The notes beneath the pieces are model-generated. The model was not told where the DNA came from, made no database searches, and worked only from the letters and a program-made list of their open reading frames with translations. A stretch of 60,037 nucleotides of DNA from a virus (Duplodnaviria; Caudoviricetes). The translations under genes were made by a program, and so were the position numbers. Shown here piece by piece: positions 38,320-49,486 of the stretch. Each line of letters begins with the position of its first letter. Positions within the stretch are counted from its first letter, which is position 1. The stretch is taken from the IMG/VR virus record IMGVR_UViG_3300030085_002970, positions 1 through 60,037 of that record; one strand, 5' to 3'.

Positions 38320-40734
38320 TTACTTAGGTTCAAACGTACCTAAGTTTAATCCACCTATTATATCATTACCGGCAGATTCAAAGTTTTTAGGTGTACCACC
38401 TCTTTTTCTTTGATCTATTAGTTCTGATTGTTGCGTGGCTTGTATCTTTGTTCTTTCGTCCTTACGATCTTCTTTTTCTTTTTCTCTAGCTTTTAGACCT
38501 TCAACTTCAGCGCCTTTTAACTGCATGTTAAATTGAAACTCTAATTCCATTAATTGTTTTTTGGCTTCAACATCTTGTTGTAGCTTTTGTATTTCAAGCT
38601 GAGACTTCATTTGCTCTAACATCATTTTAGATTCTGTTAAAGCTTTTTGTTTCTGTACTTCTACTTGAGCCGCTTGCTGCGCTGCTTGGGCATTAGACTG
38701 AGACTGAGCTTGTATGTTCTGCATTTGTATCTGTCTATCTTTTAGCTCTTTCTTTTTTCTTCTAACTTTTAAAAGTTGATTAGCTAGCTTTATGTTTTTA
38801 GTTCCTCTAATATCAATAGCGTCTTCAAGCTCTATACTTTTTTGCTGAATAGCCATTTGTATGTTATTTTCTAATTTAGCTTTTTCTTCTTCATCAGGCG
38901 CTAGTTCTAAGAATATACCAAAATCATATAAATGTAATTCAGATATTTCTTCTAACGTTGCTACATTATGAGAACCTATAGCTTGAATAAAAGCATCTCT
39001 TGTAGGAGAATACTCTAAAACATCAGAAACTCTAAGCGATAGTTGTTCTGCAACTTCTGCAGTTAAAAACAAACCAGCTTGTAATATATGTCTTGTGGCA
39101 GTGTTTGAGTTAGCTGCAGCAAGCTTTTGTATACCGACTAAAGCATTTTTATCTGGCATACTACCATCACGAGCTTCGTTAAGCCCAGTGCAGTCTCTAA
39201 TCATTTGCATGTAATAGTTATAGTTTGCTATTAATGCTTGTATTTTGTTTCCACCAGAACCTGATGTAATTTCTTGAATAGGTACTTTACCAGGATTTAA
39301 ATCTCCTTCTTGTGTAAATGATCTACCGATAACAGAACCTGTTTGGAAGAACATGTTTAAAGCTTCTTGCGGATTGTAGTTTGTTCCATTACCTAAATCT
39401 ATTTCAGCTAAACCATCAGCATCAAGATAAACACCGTCTGGCACCATACGCGACATAACTTGTTGTAGCTTTAAATGCGTCAACTGTATCATGTCAGCAA
39501 AACCTGTTATACGTTTAACTAAAGAATCTATTTTATTATTATACATCCTTGGAGCTACAATACTATAGTTCATTTTAACTTTAGTATAATCACTTTTTGG
39601 ACGCATCATATTTTTAGCCATCTCCCACTTTAGTAGTTTGTCAGTTCCTACTATAATAGCTCCTTCATATAATACTTCTACCTGTCTTTCTAGCTTTTCA
39701 AAACCCTCTTGTTTTTCTTGTGGAGGATTAAATGTGTCGTCTTTTTCTATTGGTCTTTGACCTCCAGAAAGAGTAGTTTTTACTTTATAAACTTCGTTCA
39801 TATAAGTTTTATAATTAAAGTATAAAACTTGAAGCTTATTGTTATCGTACTTATAGTTATCACTTGTACTATAAACGTTATTTCTATAAACTGGTTTTTG
39901 ATTTTTTATTTCTTCTAGCTCTTCAGGAGTTAAATGAGGAAACTGTTTTACCAGTTCATTTATAGCGATTTGTTTTACTTCACCTACGTAATATATATCG
40001 TCAAAATATGGTGAGTCTGTGTATGAATAAACTAAATCTGCAGGATCAACATAGTTTACTGTTAAACCTTCTGATGTAGTAAAGTTTGTTTTTACAGCGC
40101 CAATACCTAACACCGCTAAATCGTAATAAAATCTTTTCTTAGTTAATTCATATTTATTACCATCAAATAAAATGTTTAAAGCCTGCTCTTGTGCTAGCTC
40201 TACATTTTGTTTATAATTTAACTGCATGTGCAACGCTAGCTCTTCCGCGTTTTCAGGTAACTCTTGTACTTCGCTTTCTCTTACGTTTACGCCAAGTTCT
40301 CTCTCAAATAAATCATTAACATTTTTAAACTCCATGTCAGACATGATAGCTTCCATGTACTCAGTTCTTCTGTCTATACCGTTTTGAGATTGAGAGTATG
40401 CTTTTATATCATAAGTTCTTTCAGCTATACCATTAACAACTATATCTACAAACTTTGGAATTATAGGTACTGGACTCCAGTCTAGATTTAAATAGCTTAA
40501 ATCACCGTTTATAGAAAGCTCATCTTTATACTTTTGTATTGATTGCTCGCCTCTAGCGTAAAGTCTTAAACTATGAAAATCGTTGTAGTTTGATTTATAT
40601 CTATTACTATTATTTCTTTCGTCATTAAACCACTCTGACTCTATAGCTTTAGCAACCTTGAGCCCGTATTCGTAGCTAATTTTTTCAATATCACTAACTA
40701 CCTGACTTGGAAAATACTTATTAGTGTATGACAT
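38320..40734 (-). CDS. Portal protein
   Basis: 804 aa after the terminase; LDWSPVPIIPKFVDIVVNG, TGLNEARDG, Gln-rich C-terminal barrel helix. Confidence 0.82.
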   Translation of the reverse strand: MSYTNKYFPSQVVSDIEKISYEYGLKVAKAIESEWFNDERNNSNRYKSNYNDFHSLRLYARGEQSIQKYKDELSINGDLSYLNLDWSPVPIIPKFVDIVVNGIAERTYDIKAYSQSQNGIDRRTEYMEAIMSDMEFKNVNDLFERELGVNVRESEVQELPENAEELALHMQLNYKQNVELAQEQALNILFDGNKYELTKKRFYYDLAVLGIGAVKTNFTTSEGLTVNYVDPADLVYSYTDSPYFDDIYYVGEVKQIAINELVKQFPHLTPEELEEIKNQKPVYRNNVYSTSDNYKYDNNKLQVLYFNYKTYMNEVYKVKTTLSGGQRPIEKDDTFNPPQEKQEGFEKLERQVEVLYEGAIIVGTDKLLKWEMAKNMMRPKSDYTKVKMNYSIVAPRMYNNKIDSLVKRITGFADMIQLTHLKLQQVMSRMVPDGVYLDADGLAEIDLGNGTNYNPQEALNMFFQTGSVIGRSFTQEGDLNPGKVPIQEITSGSGGNKIQALIANYNYYMQMIRDCTGLNEARDGSMPDKNALVGIQKLAAANSNTATRHILQAGLFLTAEVAEQLSLRVSDVLEYSPTRDAFIQAIGSHNVATLEEISELHLYDFGIFLELAPDEEEKAKLENNIQMAIQQKSIELEDAIDIRGTKNIKLANQLLKVRRKKKELKDRQIQMQNIQAQSQSNAQAAQQAAQVEVQKQKALTESKMMLEQMKSQLEIQKLQQDVEAKKQLMELEFQFNMQLKGAEVEGLKAREKEKEDRKDERTKIQATQQSELIDQRKRGGTPKNFESAGNDIIGGLNLGTFEPK

Positions 40735-40735
40735 A

Positions 40736-42946
40736 TTATTTTATTATTTTTGACATTGAGCCAGTATTTGTATATCTTGAAATACTTACGTTTAATTTAC
40801 TTTTTTCTTTTTTGGGATTAGGTCTATACAAATGTCTATTACAAGCCATTATTGCTAAGCCAGAGCTAATACTAGCATCAAACTTAGTTCTTTTGTTTAT
40901 GTCAAATTTAGCCCAATCATTTAGAAGATCATTAAAATATAAATCTCCAAAAGTATTATCAGGCATCATGCCAACATGGTTTTGAATATACATTTCTATA
41001 GCGGCTGCATGAGCTTGCTTTATATCTTCACTAGAGTTTGGTATACCACCAACTTCTTTTTCAGCTACTGATAATTTATTCCAAACTTTGTCTGGTCTAT
41101 TCATACTAAAACCTCTATAACCTCTACGTCTTAGATAATATAATAATCTTGGTTTATTATTTTCTGCAAGTATTGGCATACCGTAAAATACTAACGCCAT
41201 CAATACATCTTCAAAAAATATTTCAGCGGTTTGAGGTCTACATAAATACTCTAAGAAAAAATGGTTTGGCGGAGCGTCTTCCATTGAAAACTTTGTTAAT
41301 CCATGGAGCGATCCTTTGGATCCACGACCGTCCACAGTACCGCTAATATCATAGCTATCACAACCAAACGCACCAATATGTTCATTTCCTGGGTATTTAA
41401 TTCCATTTTTATCTATTACTCTGTTTTGCATTTGAACTTTAGGTATCCAGCTAACTTTAAACCTACCATTAGGATCTGGGTAAAATATAACATTTGTGTC
41501 TTTTACTCCGTTAACCCATTGGAAGTTTCCAACTGATAAACCTAAAGATCTTCCAAGTTCTTCATTGTAATCTATCTGTTCGTATATTTTAACTAAATTA
41601 AATATACTATTTTTTGTTTCATCTCTAAACGCGTGCTCTTCAGTTCTTGGAAACTGTCTGTAAAATTCGTTTAAAGCATCTTGATCATTTTTTAATCCCT
41701 CAGCTTCATTATTCCAATGATCAATTACACCTATATCTATTAGTTCACCGTCGGGTCCATAACACTCTCGTCCAGGTGTGTTGAAAACTGGTCGTCCATA
41801 CTCGTCAATAAAGCCTTCATAGTTCCATTCCATTGGGATAAACAAAGAATATAAACCAGAACGTGTTTGACCATTTCTATTTCTTTTTGTGACATCACTG
41901 TCGTTATACAATTTTTTAAAATTATCTCCACCTTTATCAAGAGCATTGCTCGTTGAACCCATCATACACTTACCTATAATCCTACTACCAAGGCGTAAAC
42001 AAGTTTTTGTTACACGCCAGTTGTTTAGAATATTATCAGGTCTTTCCCACTTACCACTTTCATCGTGAACTAGCAGACTGAGTTTTTCACCGTCATAACT
42101 GTTATCACCTGTGTTTTTCCAATCAATAGTAGTGTCAAGTCCAACCAGCTCTTCCTGCTTTTCGTTCGCAGTAATTTTCCTACGCGTAAACTTACTTGCA
42201 GGAACTCTATAAGCAAGTTCACTTTTAGGTCTGTCCATACCATCTTGTATCGGTTTAAAGAAAAACGGATAATTGATAGATATTGGAACAACTTTATCGG
42301 TAAACATTTTTTTAGCATCAGCACCACTCTTAGATAGTATTCCATATCTAGAATCACTTGATATAGTAGCTAAGTTAACTGTTTCAGCAGAACTCATAAA
42401 CGAAAAACCACTACGCCTGTTTTTTAAATAACACATACCATAGCAACGTTTATCAGCTTTACACGCCTCCCAAAATATAAAGAACAATCTGTTGGCTTCT
42501 CTAAAATCTGGAGCGCCAACATCAATTTTACTCCATTGCAAATACATATAATGACTACCTGTTATGTAAGTAGGTTCGTCATTGTTCATAAACCAAAAGC
42601 CTTCATCTCTACGTTTAAACTCTTCGTCTATAAAATCATACCACTGATCTTTGCTTTCTTCTGGATAAGCTCTCCAGTCAAAGATATTTTTAAGTTTATT
42701 TAACTCTTTAGGGTATTCTATTTTTTGCCACTTGTTGTTGTGCACGTGCACTGCTTGCGGTTTAGGTGGCAACCCAATTCGCAAACCTTGTATCTCCAGT
42801 ATCTGTCCAATTTTTCCAGTTTTTGAGATAACCACAATATCATGTTCTTTATTGTATCCATATTCCCATTTACGTTTTTTGTTAAGTCGACTTATTGTAG
42901 TCTTCTTAACTGGTTCAACTATTTTATATAAACTTTGTTCGTACAT
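40736..42946 (-). CDS. terL: Terminase large subunit
   Basis: Walker A KNRRSGFS, Walker B LVHDESGKW, coupling motif GSTSN, nuclease motif FGCDSYD. Confidence 0.88.
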   Translation of the reverse strand: MYEQSLYKIVEPVKKTTISRLNKKRKWEYGYNKEHDIVVISKTGKIGQILEIQGLRIGLPPKPQAVHVHNNKWQKIEYPKELNKLKNIFDWRAYPEESKDQWYDFIDEEFKRRDEGFWFMNNDEPTYITGSHYMYLQWSKIDVGAPDFREANRLFFIFWEACKADKRCYGMCYLKNRRSGFSFMSSAETVNLATISSDSRYGILSKSGADAKKMFTDKVVPISINYPFFFKPIQDGMDRPKSELAYRVPASKFTRRKITANEKQEELVGLDTTIDWKNTGDNSYDGEKLSLLVHDESGKWERPDNILNNWRVTKTCLRLGSRIIGKCMMGSTSNALDKGGDNFKKLYNDSDVTKRNRNGQTRSGLYSLFIPMEWNYEGFIDEYGRPVFNTPGRECYGPDGELIDIGVIDHWNNEAEGLKNDQDALNEFYRQFPRTEEHAFRDETKNSIFNLVKIYEQIDYNEELGRSLGLSVGNFQWVNGVKDTNVIFYPDPNGRFKVSWIPKVQMQNRVIDKNGIKYPGNEHIGAFGCDSYDISGTVDGRGSKGSLHGLTKFSMEDAPPNHFFLEYLCRPQTAEIFFEDVLMALVFYGMPILAENNKPRLLYYLRRRGYRGFSMNRPDKVWNKLSVAEKEVGGIPNSSEDIKQAHAAAIEMYIQNHVGMMPDNTFGDLYFNDLLNDWAKFDINKRTKFDASISSGLAIMACNRHLYRPNPKKEKSKLNVSISRYTNTGSMSKIIK

Positions 42947-43224
42947 TACTTTGATCTGCCTTCCGCGAAACCTTTAAATACTCTTTCTTCTTTTTCTTCA
43001 GGTGTCTTTCCTTCCAAAATATTTTCTTCTTCTTGTACGCGGTTGAGTATTTCAAATGCATCAAATATAGCTAGCTTTTTAGTAGCCGCAGCATTTTTTA
43101 GTCGATCAGCAGATACATCATCTTCAGTGTTAGTGATAATTTGTTCTTCCGCAACTTTAATCAACTCATCAACCGCTTTTCGCCCAGCTAGGATTATACG
43201 CTTCTTCGTTTCCTTGATACTCAT
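42946..43224 (-). CDS. Putative terminase small subunit
   Basis: Small helical protein TAATG-coupled to terL; call is positional. Confidence 0.45.
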   Translation of the reverse strand: MSIKETKKRIILAGRKAVDELIKVAEEQIITNTEDDVSADRLKNAAATKKLAIFDAFEILNRVQEEENILEGKTPEEKEERVFKGFAEGRSK

Positions 43225-43759
43225 ATTTAATTGTAATAAATTTATTCATAACCCTATAAAGCCTTGTATCATTAATAATAAACTCATAGGTTGAAAATGG
43301 TGTAAAGCCTACTAGCTCTTCTTTTTTATAAACTCCGTCAGTATATTTAACTATACCAATACAGCCTTCTTCTTCTCCTACAGCTAGCTTGTTTCTTTGT
43401 TTTATAGGTTGTACAAAACAATAACCACTACAAGCTTTCCACTCATCTTTTGACTTATATAGATATATTTGATCTTCTTTAACTAAATACGTATTTTCAT
43501 TAAAAAAAGATCTACTATTTTTTTCTTTACCTTTTACATCGTGCCACCTTCTAAAAACATTGTGATGAACAATAACTTCATCATTTTTGCTTATACAAGT
43601 TTCAAATGCTGTTGGTGTAGACTTAACAATAGCGTGACGATTTATGAACTCGTGATTAAATATCTCTGTATTTAATATTAGTTCTTTATCACCAACTTTT
43701 TTACTATTATTATATCTACTACCTTTTGGTTCTATAACAAAATCAAAAGGCGCCTTCAT
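43169..43759 (-). CDS. Divergent GroES-like (possibly tandem-domain) protein
   Basis: MKAPFDFVIEP..AIVKSTP..DEVIVHHNVF, then a second unit CFVQPI..GIVKY..ELVGF. Confidence 0.45.
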   Translation of the reverse strand: MKAPFDFVIEPKGSRYNNSKKVGDKELILNTEIFNHEFINRHAIVKSTPTAFETCISKNDEVIVHHNVFRRWHDVKGKEKNSRSFFNENTYLVKEDQIYLYKSKDEWKACSGYCFVQPIKQRNKLAVGEEEGCIGIVKYTDGVYKKEELVGFTPFSTYEFIINDTRLYRVMNKFITIKYEYQGNEEAYNPSWAKSG

Positions 43760-43980
43760 TAATACTCTAAATTATATTCGACTGAAACAGCCATGTTCTT
43801 GTTAAAGTCTTTCCAAGGTATAACGACTTTATCTTTTCTAATATAAATAGAATATTTGTCTTTTTCTTCTATAATATCGCAAATAGTATGACCGCCATAC
43901 ACTTCTTGCCCAACAGCATAGTGCATGGCGTCATTCTTATAGTCTTTGCCGATACTAATCTTTCTTATCAGCTTCGACAT
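43759..43980 (-). CDS. Hypothetical protein
   Basis: 73-aa coupled ORF, IRKISIGKDYKNDAMHY. Confidence 0.65.
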   Translation of the reverse strand: MSKLIRKISIGKDYKNDAMHYAVGQEVYGGHTICDIIEEKDKYSIYIRKDKVVIPWKDFNKNMAVSVEYNLEY

Positions 43981-44257
43981 CTTCTTTATAATTTATGGTA
44001 CCATCTTGCATGTTTATATCATAAGTACCGTATTCTTTTTCAAAATCACTTTGCATAACTGTAACTCTGTCTCTAACAACGGTTAAGTTATGAAGTAAAT
44101 CGTGTTTTCTAGATTCTGTAATACCTATATCCATCTGTAAGCGATGCATTGTATTAACTGTTCCTTGAAGATCTTTTAGTTGCTCTTCAGTAATTTTTTC
44201 TGGTTTAGCCGTAATTTCAATAACGTCTTTTACCTTTGGTGTTTTTCTTTTTGCCAT
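43955..44257 (-). CDS. Coiled-coil hypothetical protein
   Basis: 100-aa ORF ending EKEYGTYDINMQDGTI; AT-rich leader. Confidence 0.6.
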   Translation of the reverse strand: MAKRKTPKVKDVIEITAKPEKITEEQLKDLQGTVNTMHRLQMDIGITESRKHDLLHNLTVVRDRVTVMQSDFEKEYGTYDINMQDGTINYKEDVEADKKD

Positions 44258-44282
44258 TTTTTTTTATTTAATTAAATTAATA

Positions 44283-44972
44283 TTATAAAGATATACTAGT
44301 TCTACTAGCTATATCGTTTCTTACATCTGCTGCACTTTCACTACTTAAAATACTGTTAAATATAACTACTTCATGTACTTCGGCTGAAGTTAAACCGTTA
44401 GATGAGGTACCTATTTGCTCAAAAGCAAAAGTACCAGAGCCTGTTCCAACACCTATTGAAGAACCGTTTCTTAATACTCTTATATCATTACTACCATCTC
44501 TAGTTACTTCTGCTATAGCCTTTTCTGTTCCAAAGCCTCCGCTTAAAGTTATATTAACAGTAGTACCACCGTTTTTCATACGGTAACTAGTAGCTGTACC
44601 ACCTTGTGCAAATCGTATAAAGCTAGTATTGTTTACACTAGACACAAATGTTTCATTGCTTTGTTCTGATAAATTTAATACTACAAACATGTGATAAGCT
44701 CCAGTTAGATTAAATGTGCTAGCTAGGTCTAAGTTATCGTTGTTATTTGCATCAGTAACAAAAGCACCACCACTAAAACCACTACCCTCTTGAGCATCTG
44801 TAGTTTGTGAAGCGTGTCTATTATTACCAGACTGATCATCCCATTGTATACCATCAGTAATAGCTCCTTGACCGGTATTAAACGCTAACCATAATTGAGG
44901 ACTTAGATCGTTTATATTAAAAGCAGAAGACACGTAAGGCATGCCTGATATACTATTTCCTAGTCCTAACAT
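44283..44972 (-). CDS. Concanavalin-A/LamG-like putative tail fibre or lectin protein
   Basis: MLGLGNSI leader, WDDQSGNNRHASQ, EVVIFNSILS. Confidence 0.6.
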   Translation of the reverse strand: MLGLGNSISGMPYVSSAFNINDLSPQLWLAFNTGQGAITDGIQWDDQSGNNRHASQTTDAQEGSGFSGGAFVTDANNNDNLDLASTFNLTGAYHMFVVLNLSEQSNETFVSSVNNTSFIRFAQGGTATSYRMKNGGTTVNITLSGGFGTEKAIAEVTRDGSNDIRVLRNGSSIGVGTGSGTFAFEQIGTSSNGLTSAEVHEVVIFNSILSSESAADVRNDIASRTSISL

Positions 44973-45641
44973 TTATTTCCCAAAGTAACAGATTACACCG
45001 CTTGCAGATGGCTTAAAAGCTGTCCATCTACCGTAGATAGTTATTCCAGCTGGAAATTCTTGCGAAGCGCAAGTTATACCTCCAGCGCCGTGCTGCTCAT
45101 CAATAAAAACTAAAGCTTGATCACCTGTTGGTGTTATATCTGCAGATAATTTAACTTTACTAACCCCATCATAACCAATTACCTTTACTCCTTGCTGGTT
45201 TGGACCACTATATATAGGCACTGGAGTTTCAGCATCTATAGTCATAGCAGTAGCACCAGACTCATCTGCATCACCATTTACTAATAACACATATTGACCT
45301 ACTTTTATTTTACTTGCTGGTGAAGCTACTGTTTCTAAAGTAACATCATCTCCCGCTGCTACATTTGTATCAGCGATCTCGCTTGAGTGTACACCATTAA
45401 AGTTAAAGTAGTTATTACCTGCTGCGTCTACATGATCACTTGTTGAGCCTGATATTGCAAAGTAACCAGGTCCTGTTGTATCTAGTTTTTCTGGCGTTAA
45501 TACAGTTGGTGTATTTTTGTCTAAAAACTGAATAGCTATAATAACGTGATCTTTTGGAGGTACTATTACTTGAGCTATATCAGAGTAAGCACTACCAAGT
45601 TGACCAAAGCCATAAGCTACTTCTGTTGAATTTTGTCCCAT
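44973..45641 (-). CDS. Putative structural protein (start re-called at MGQNSTEV)
   Basis: YGFGQLGS..IIAIQFL..FPAGITIYGRW; ATG lies just after the holin stop. Confidence 0.55.
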   Translation of the reverse strand: MGQNSTEVAYGFGQLGSAYSDIAQVIVPPKDHVIIAIQFLDKNTPTVLTPEKLDTTGPGYFAISGSTSDHVDAAGNNYFNFNGVHSSEIADTNVAAGDDVTLETVASPASKIKVGQYVLLVNGDADESGATAMTIDAETPVPIYSGPNQQGVKVIGYDGVSKVKLSADITPTGDQALVFIDEQHGAGGITCASQEFPAGITIYGRWTAFKPSASGVICYFGK

Positions 45642-45642
45642 T

Positions 45643-46065
45643 TTATTTTTCTTTTGATTGTTCGTTTTTCTTTGAGCTTCCACCGAAGAAGAAGTCTATA
45701 ATTGTATTTACTTTAGCGCTCATAGCACCAAATATCGTTGATATAAAGCTGATTTCAAATTCACCTAGCTCTAAGCTTTTAGTAACAAAATACTTAAACA
45801 TTACAAACGTAATACCAAAGTATGCTACAGTAAATAAAGTTGCTAATACTTTTTGAATAATAGCATCGTCTTTATACATATCGCGTGCAGACTTTCTGTC
45901 CTCTACTTCTTTAGCAAAAGCTTCACGCTCTGCTTCTAGTAATACAGATTTTAAAGCAAGTTTAGCTTCATCTCTCTCTTTGTCAGTTGTAATAACTTTA
46001 TCGAGAATACCTTCTGCATTTTCTACGACCTTACCAAAAAGGCCACCTATTAAGTTGTTTATCAT
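45643..46065 (-). CDS. Holin-like membrane protein (GTA 3TM-holin type)
   Basis: ILDKVITTDKERDEAK..DRKSAR, two hydrophobic helices, FFFGGSS. Confidence 0.6.
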   Translation of the reverse strand: MINNLIGGLFGKVVENAEGILDKVITTDKERDEAKLALKSVLLEAEREAFAKEVEDRKSARDMYKDDAIIQKVLATLFTVAYFGITFVMFKYFVTKSLELGEFEISFISTIFGAMSAKVNTIIDFFFGGSSKKNEQSKEK

Positions 46066-46457
46066 ATCTTATTGTTTTCCCAAGGAAGCTCTCTACTACC
46101 TTCTTCGTATCTTTCTCCAGTGTGTGGATCTATAACATATCCGTTATCTCTTATCCAAGTTTCACCTTTATAGTAAACAGCATAATCATCATAAGTTTCA
46201 TGACCTATTTTCATTGCTGTTATGTGTTGCATTTCGTGAGCTATAGCCTGTTGCATCATTGGACTATTTACATCAATATCTTTACTTACATAAATACTTC
46301 CATCATTGTTTGCTTCTGCTAAAACTCCATCATCTAACTTTTTTCTAAATACAGGCGTGCCAGGTGCTATTTCATTTCCAGCTTTAAAATTAAATCTTCT
46401 TTTAATCTTTCCAGCTCGAGCTTCAAATTTTCTTGATGAACCTAGTTTAAACGCCAT
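46062..46457 (-). CDS. Zincin-like metallopeptidase domain protein
   Basis: AEANNDGSIYV..AIAHEMQH..LPWE. Confidence 0.65.
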   Translation of the reverse strand: MAFKLGSSRKFEARAGKIKRRFNFKAGNEIAPGTPVFRKKLDDGVLAEANNDGSIYVSKDIDVNSPMMQQAIAHEMQHITAMKIGHETYDDYAVYYKGETWIRDNGYVIDPHTGERYEEGSRELPWENNKI

Positions 46458-46458
46458 A

Positions 46459-46899
46459 TTATCTATCTGGATCTTTTATCATATCATCAATAGCTTTGTT
46501 GTAAACTTTATCAGTATATGATTTGTTATCATAAAATATATTTCTTTGTGATGTTGGTAGATCTTCTTCTCCTAACAATACTCTATATATTCTACTTATT
46601 AATTGGCTGCACTTAAACGAAGTTTTAAATATAGAATACTTTATCGTAGTTCTATTTCTTTGTCTCCAAACTTCTATCCAACCTTCTTTTCTTAGACGCT
46701 CCCATCTTTCTTTATCCCAAGAATATGTGTATGTACCGTCTATAAACTCTTGTCTTGTAAACTTATCTTTGCAGTCTAAATATATCAACAGCTCAAGATC
46801 AGCATCTTTTAACCCGTAAGTCTTACAGGCCCATTTTCTAACGAGCCTGTAATACTTAAGGATTTGTAATTCACGTAAATCGTGACTAGTTAGTCTCAA
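46459..46899 (-). CDS. Hypothetical protein, possible winged helix
   Basis: GLKDADLELLIYL..LRKEGWIEVW pattern. Confidence 0.5.
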   Translation of the reverse strand: MRLTSHDLRELQILKYYRLVRKWACKTYGLKDADLELLIYLDCKDKFTRQEFIDGTYTYSWDKERWERLRKEGWIEVWRQRNRTTIKYSIFKTSFKCSQLISRIYRVLLGEEDLPTSQRNIFYDNKSYTDKVYNKAIDDMIKDPDR

Positions 46900-46905
46900 C
46901 TGTTA

Positions 46906-47604
46906 TTAAGATACAGACATTGAACCAGCAGTATCAAACATACCTGTAATGTGATACGCATCTCCTTCATAAACGATCTCAATAAAATCACCAAGCTCAA
47001 ATTTATTAGAAGCAATTACAGCGCTAGTCGAACCTAGAGCATGCTCAACAGTATCACCTGCTTGAAGCGTTATACCATAAAAAGCACCAGCAATAGTAAT
47101 AGTGTGAGCGCCTGAAGCTGCTTCACAAACAAACTTAGCGTTAAACCCATCTACTGGAGATGTAGGTAACGTAATTGTAGAGTTAGCACCAGTTGTTGGA
47201 ACTAATACAACACTACCAGATTGAGCGTTTGTAACAGCAATATCATTAGAGCTGAAAGAAGCATCAATAATGTTTTTAAAGTTACCAGCACCTGTGTCTA
47301 CAGAAATAGATGATACAGCTGTAACGTGAGGCACAAAATACTTACTGTTTTGATCATCTGCAACAACAACCATACCTTGTCTTCCATCTGCTAATAAAGC
47401 AGCTAAAGCTTCCATTACTGACTCTTCTTTTCCAGCAGTTACAGTTAAAACAACTGCATCTGTACTAGTAGCGGTCGCAGCAGCGCCTTGACCTAAAAAT
47501 CTTAACGTTACTGCTGTCGTAGTAGATGACATTGAAGTTAAGTTACTTGCGAAGTTTGCATAAGACGTATCAGACGCATTATGAAATACTAACATGTTTC
47601 CCAT
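46906..47604 (-). CDS. Putative structural protein
   Basis: Ala/Ser/Thr-rich; TITLP..GFNAKF resembles short fibre domains. Confidence 0.5.
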   Translation of the reverse strand: MGNMLVFHNASDTSYANFASNLTSMSSTTTAVTLRFLGQGAAATATSTDAVVLTVTAGKEESVMEALAALLADGRQGMVVVADDQNSKYFVPHVTAVSSISVDTGAGNFKNIIDASFSSNDIAVTNAQSGSVVLVPTTGANSTITLPTSPVDGFNAKFVCEAASGAHTITIAGAFYGITLQAGDTVEHALGSTSAVIASNKFELGDFIEIVYEGDAYHITGMFDTAGSMSVS

Positions 47605-47679
47605 TTTTTTTAATTTTTAAGGATTAATAATAATTTGTTTATCGTTTGTGTTTTGTGGGTTAAGGGTTGTGGTTTAGGC

Positions 47680-47937
47680 TTAATCAATTAATACGACGTC
47701 CATTTGTTTTATAACGCCGTAAAATTTATCGTTATGCTGAACGCCGTGCCCAGCGTGTCTATCATAATAGACTATATCTTTTTCTTTTATACCTTCTACA
47801 AGGTTTCCTACTGATATAACCTTAGCTTTTAAATATCTATTGTCTTCGTTTATATCGTCTGTAAGAACTAATCCACCAACCTTTTTGTGATCTTGCTTTA
47901 TAGGCTCAATCACTATGTAATGATTAACTGCCTTCAT
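47680..47937 (-). CDS. groES: Co-chaperonin GroES (Cpn10)
   Basis: KKVGGLVL mobile loop, AKVISVG, adjacent to groEL. Confidence 0.82.
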   Translation of the reverse strand: MKAVNHYIVIEPIKQDHKKVGGLVLTDDINEDNRYLKAKVISVGNLVEGIKEKDIVYYDRHAGHGVQHNDKFYGVIKQMDVVLID

Positions 47938-49486
47938 TTATTCTAATGTTTGAAATTACACAGTCTGCGGATATAATAGTAGTTACAACTGAAACAGCGT
48001 TTTTAAGTGCAGTCTTAGTTACAAGCACTGGGTCTATGATGCCTGCTTCAACCATATTAACCGGTTTGCCATTAACTACGTTTAAGCCACAGCCTTCTTC
48101 TAAGTTAGCATCAAAGTCGATACCAGCATTATTTATTATAGTGCTAAAAGGTGATTGTATTGCTTTAAGCAGTATCTCTTCACCGACATTGTCGGTCGAA
48201 ATTTTTTGAGAAGCATTTAGCAACGCTACACCACCACCAGGTACAATACCTTCTTTTAAAGCAGCTTTAGTAGCATATATAGCGTCTTCAACACGATCTT
48301 GCTTTTCTTTTAGTTCTACTTTAGAGTTAGCACCTACTTTAACAATACCAACGCAGCCAGATAACATAGTTAATCTATCTTGTAGCTTTCTTTTAATAAA
48401 AGGATTTTGCTCTTCAGCTATACGTTTATTAACTTCATCAATACGATCTTCAACTAACTCATGCATATCTTCTACAGTAACAACAGTACTTGTTTCACTA
48501 GTTTCAGCATATTCAACTTGTCCAAGATCTTCAGGCTTCATAGCATCAAGATCATCTCCAAGCTCTTCGTTAAATAGTGTAGCACCTGTCAATATAGCTA
48601 AATCTTCACATGTATCTTTTTTAGTAGGACCAAAGCCGGGTAAGTCAATAATATTTACTTTAATATTACCTTTCACTTTGTTCATTAGAAGCGCCGACTT
48701 TACTTGCTGTGATACTGGAGCTACTATAAGTAAAGCTCGGTTTTGTTTAATGACATGTTCTAGTATACTTTGTATCTTACGTATATTAGGTATTTCAGAC
48801 ATACATATTAATACATAAGGATTTTCAAGCTCTACCTTCTGTTTATCAGTATTTGTTACAAAATGAGGTGATGTAAAACCACAGTCCATTTGTACACCGT
48901 CTACAACCTCTATATAAGTTTCATCAGTTTCAGAGCCTTCCATTAGTACTACGCCATCTTTACCTACAGCTTCGTAAGCTTCTGATATAATTTTACCAAG
49001 AGCTTCATCGTTATTACAGCTAATAGCTGACACGTTTTTAAGCATGTCACCTTCAACATCTATTTTAATAGTATCTAAATACTCATTTACTTTTTGTAAA
49101 CAAGAGTATATACCTTCTTTAATCTCTCTTACAGAGTGATCTTTTAGATTATTATAAATACTTTTAATTAATGCTTGTGCTAAGACTGTAGCTGTTGTAG
49201 TACCATCACCTGCTTCACGAACAGTATTGCGAGCAGCTTCTTTTAATAAAGTAGCACCCATATTTTCAACCGGATCAAATAAGACTACGCTCTCTGCAAC
49301 GGTTACACCGTCTTTTGTAATGACCGGTTTGCCCCTGCTGTCTTCGTAGATAACACATTTTCCTGAGGCTCCAAGGGTAGACTTAACAGCTCGGGCGAGC
49401 TTATCTACTCCCATGATGATTTTTTCTTTAGCTTCATCGCCAAAGTTAAGATCTTTGACAATTTCGCTAGGTAAATTGTATTCCAT
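47924..49486 (-). CDS. groEL: Chaperonin GroEL (Cpn60)
   Basis: [40 protein letters not shown]; no GGM tail. Confidence 0.95.
   Translation of the reverse strand: MEYNLPSEIVKDLNFGDEAKEKIIMGVDKLARAVKSTLGASGKCVIYEDSRGKPVITKDGVTVAESVVLFDPVENMGATLLKEAARNTVREAGDGTTTATVLAQALIKSIYNNLKDHSVREIKEGIYSCLQKVNEYLDTIKIDVEGDMLKNVSAISCNNDEALGKIISEAYEAVGKDGVVLMEGSETDETYIEVVDGVQMDCGFTSPHFVTNTDKQKVELENPYVLICMSEIPNIRKIQSILEHVIKQNRALLIVAPVSQQVKSALLMNKVKGNIKVNIIDLPGFGPTKKDTCEDLAILTGATLFNEELGDDLDAMKPEDLGQVEYAETSETSTVVTVEDMHELVEDRIDEVNKRIAEEQNPFIKRKLQDRLTMLSGCVGIVKVGANSKVELKEKQDRVEDAIYATKAALKEGIVPGGGVALLNASQKISTDNVGEEILLKAIQSPFSTIINNAGIDFDANLEEGCGLNVVNGKPVNMVEAGIIDPVLVTKTALKNAVSVVTTIISADCVISNIRINEGS

Noticed and set aside
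47924-49486. Host chromosomal DNA or a prophage boundary at groEL
   Set aside because: The GroEL is divergent, groES lies downstream, both flanks are phage-like genes and no integrase or att site is apparent.
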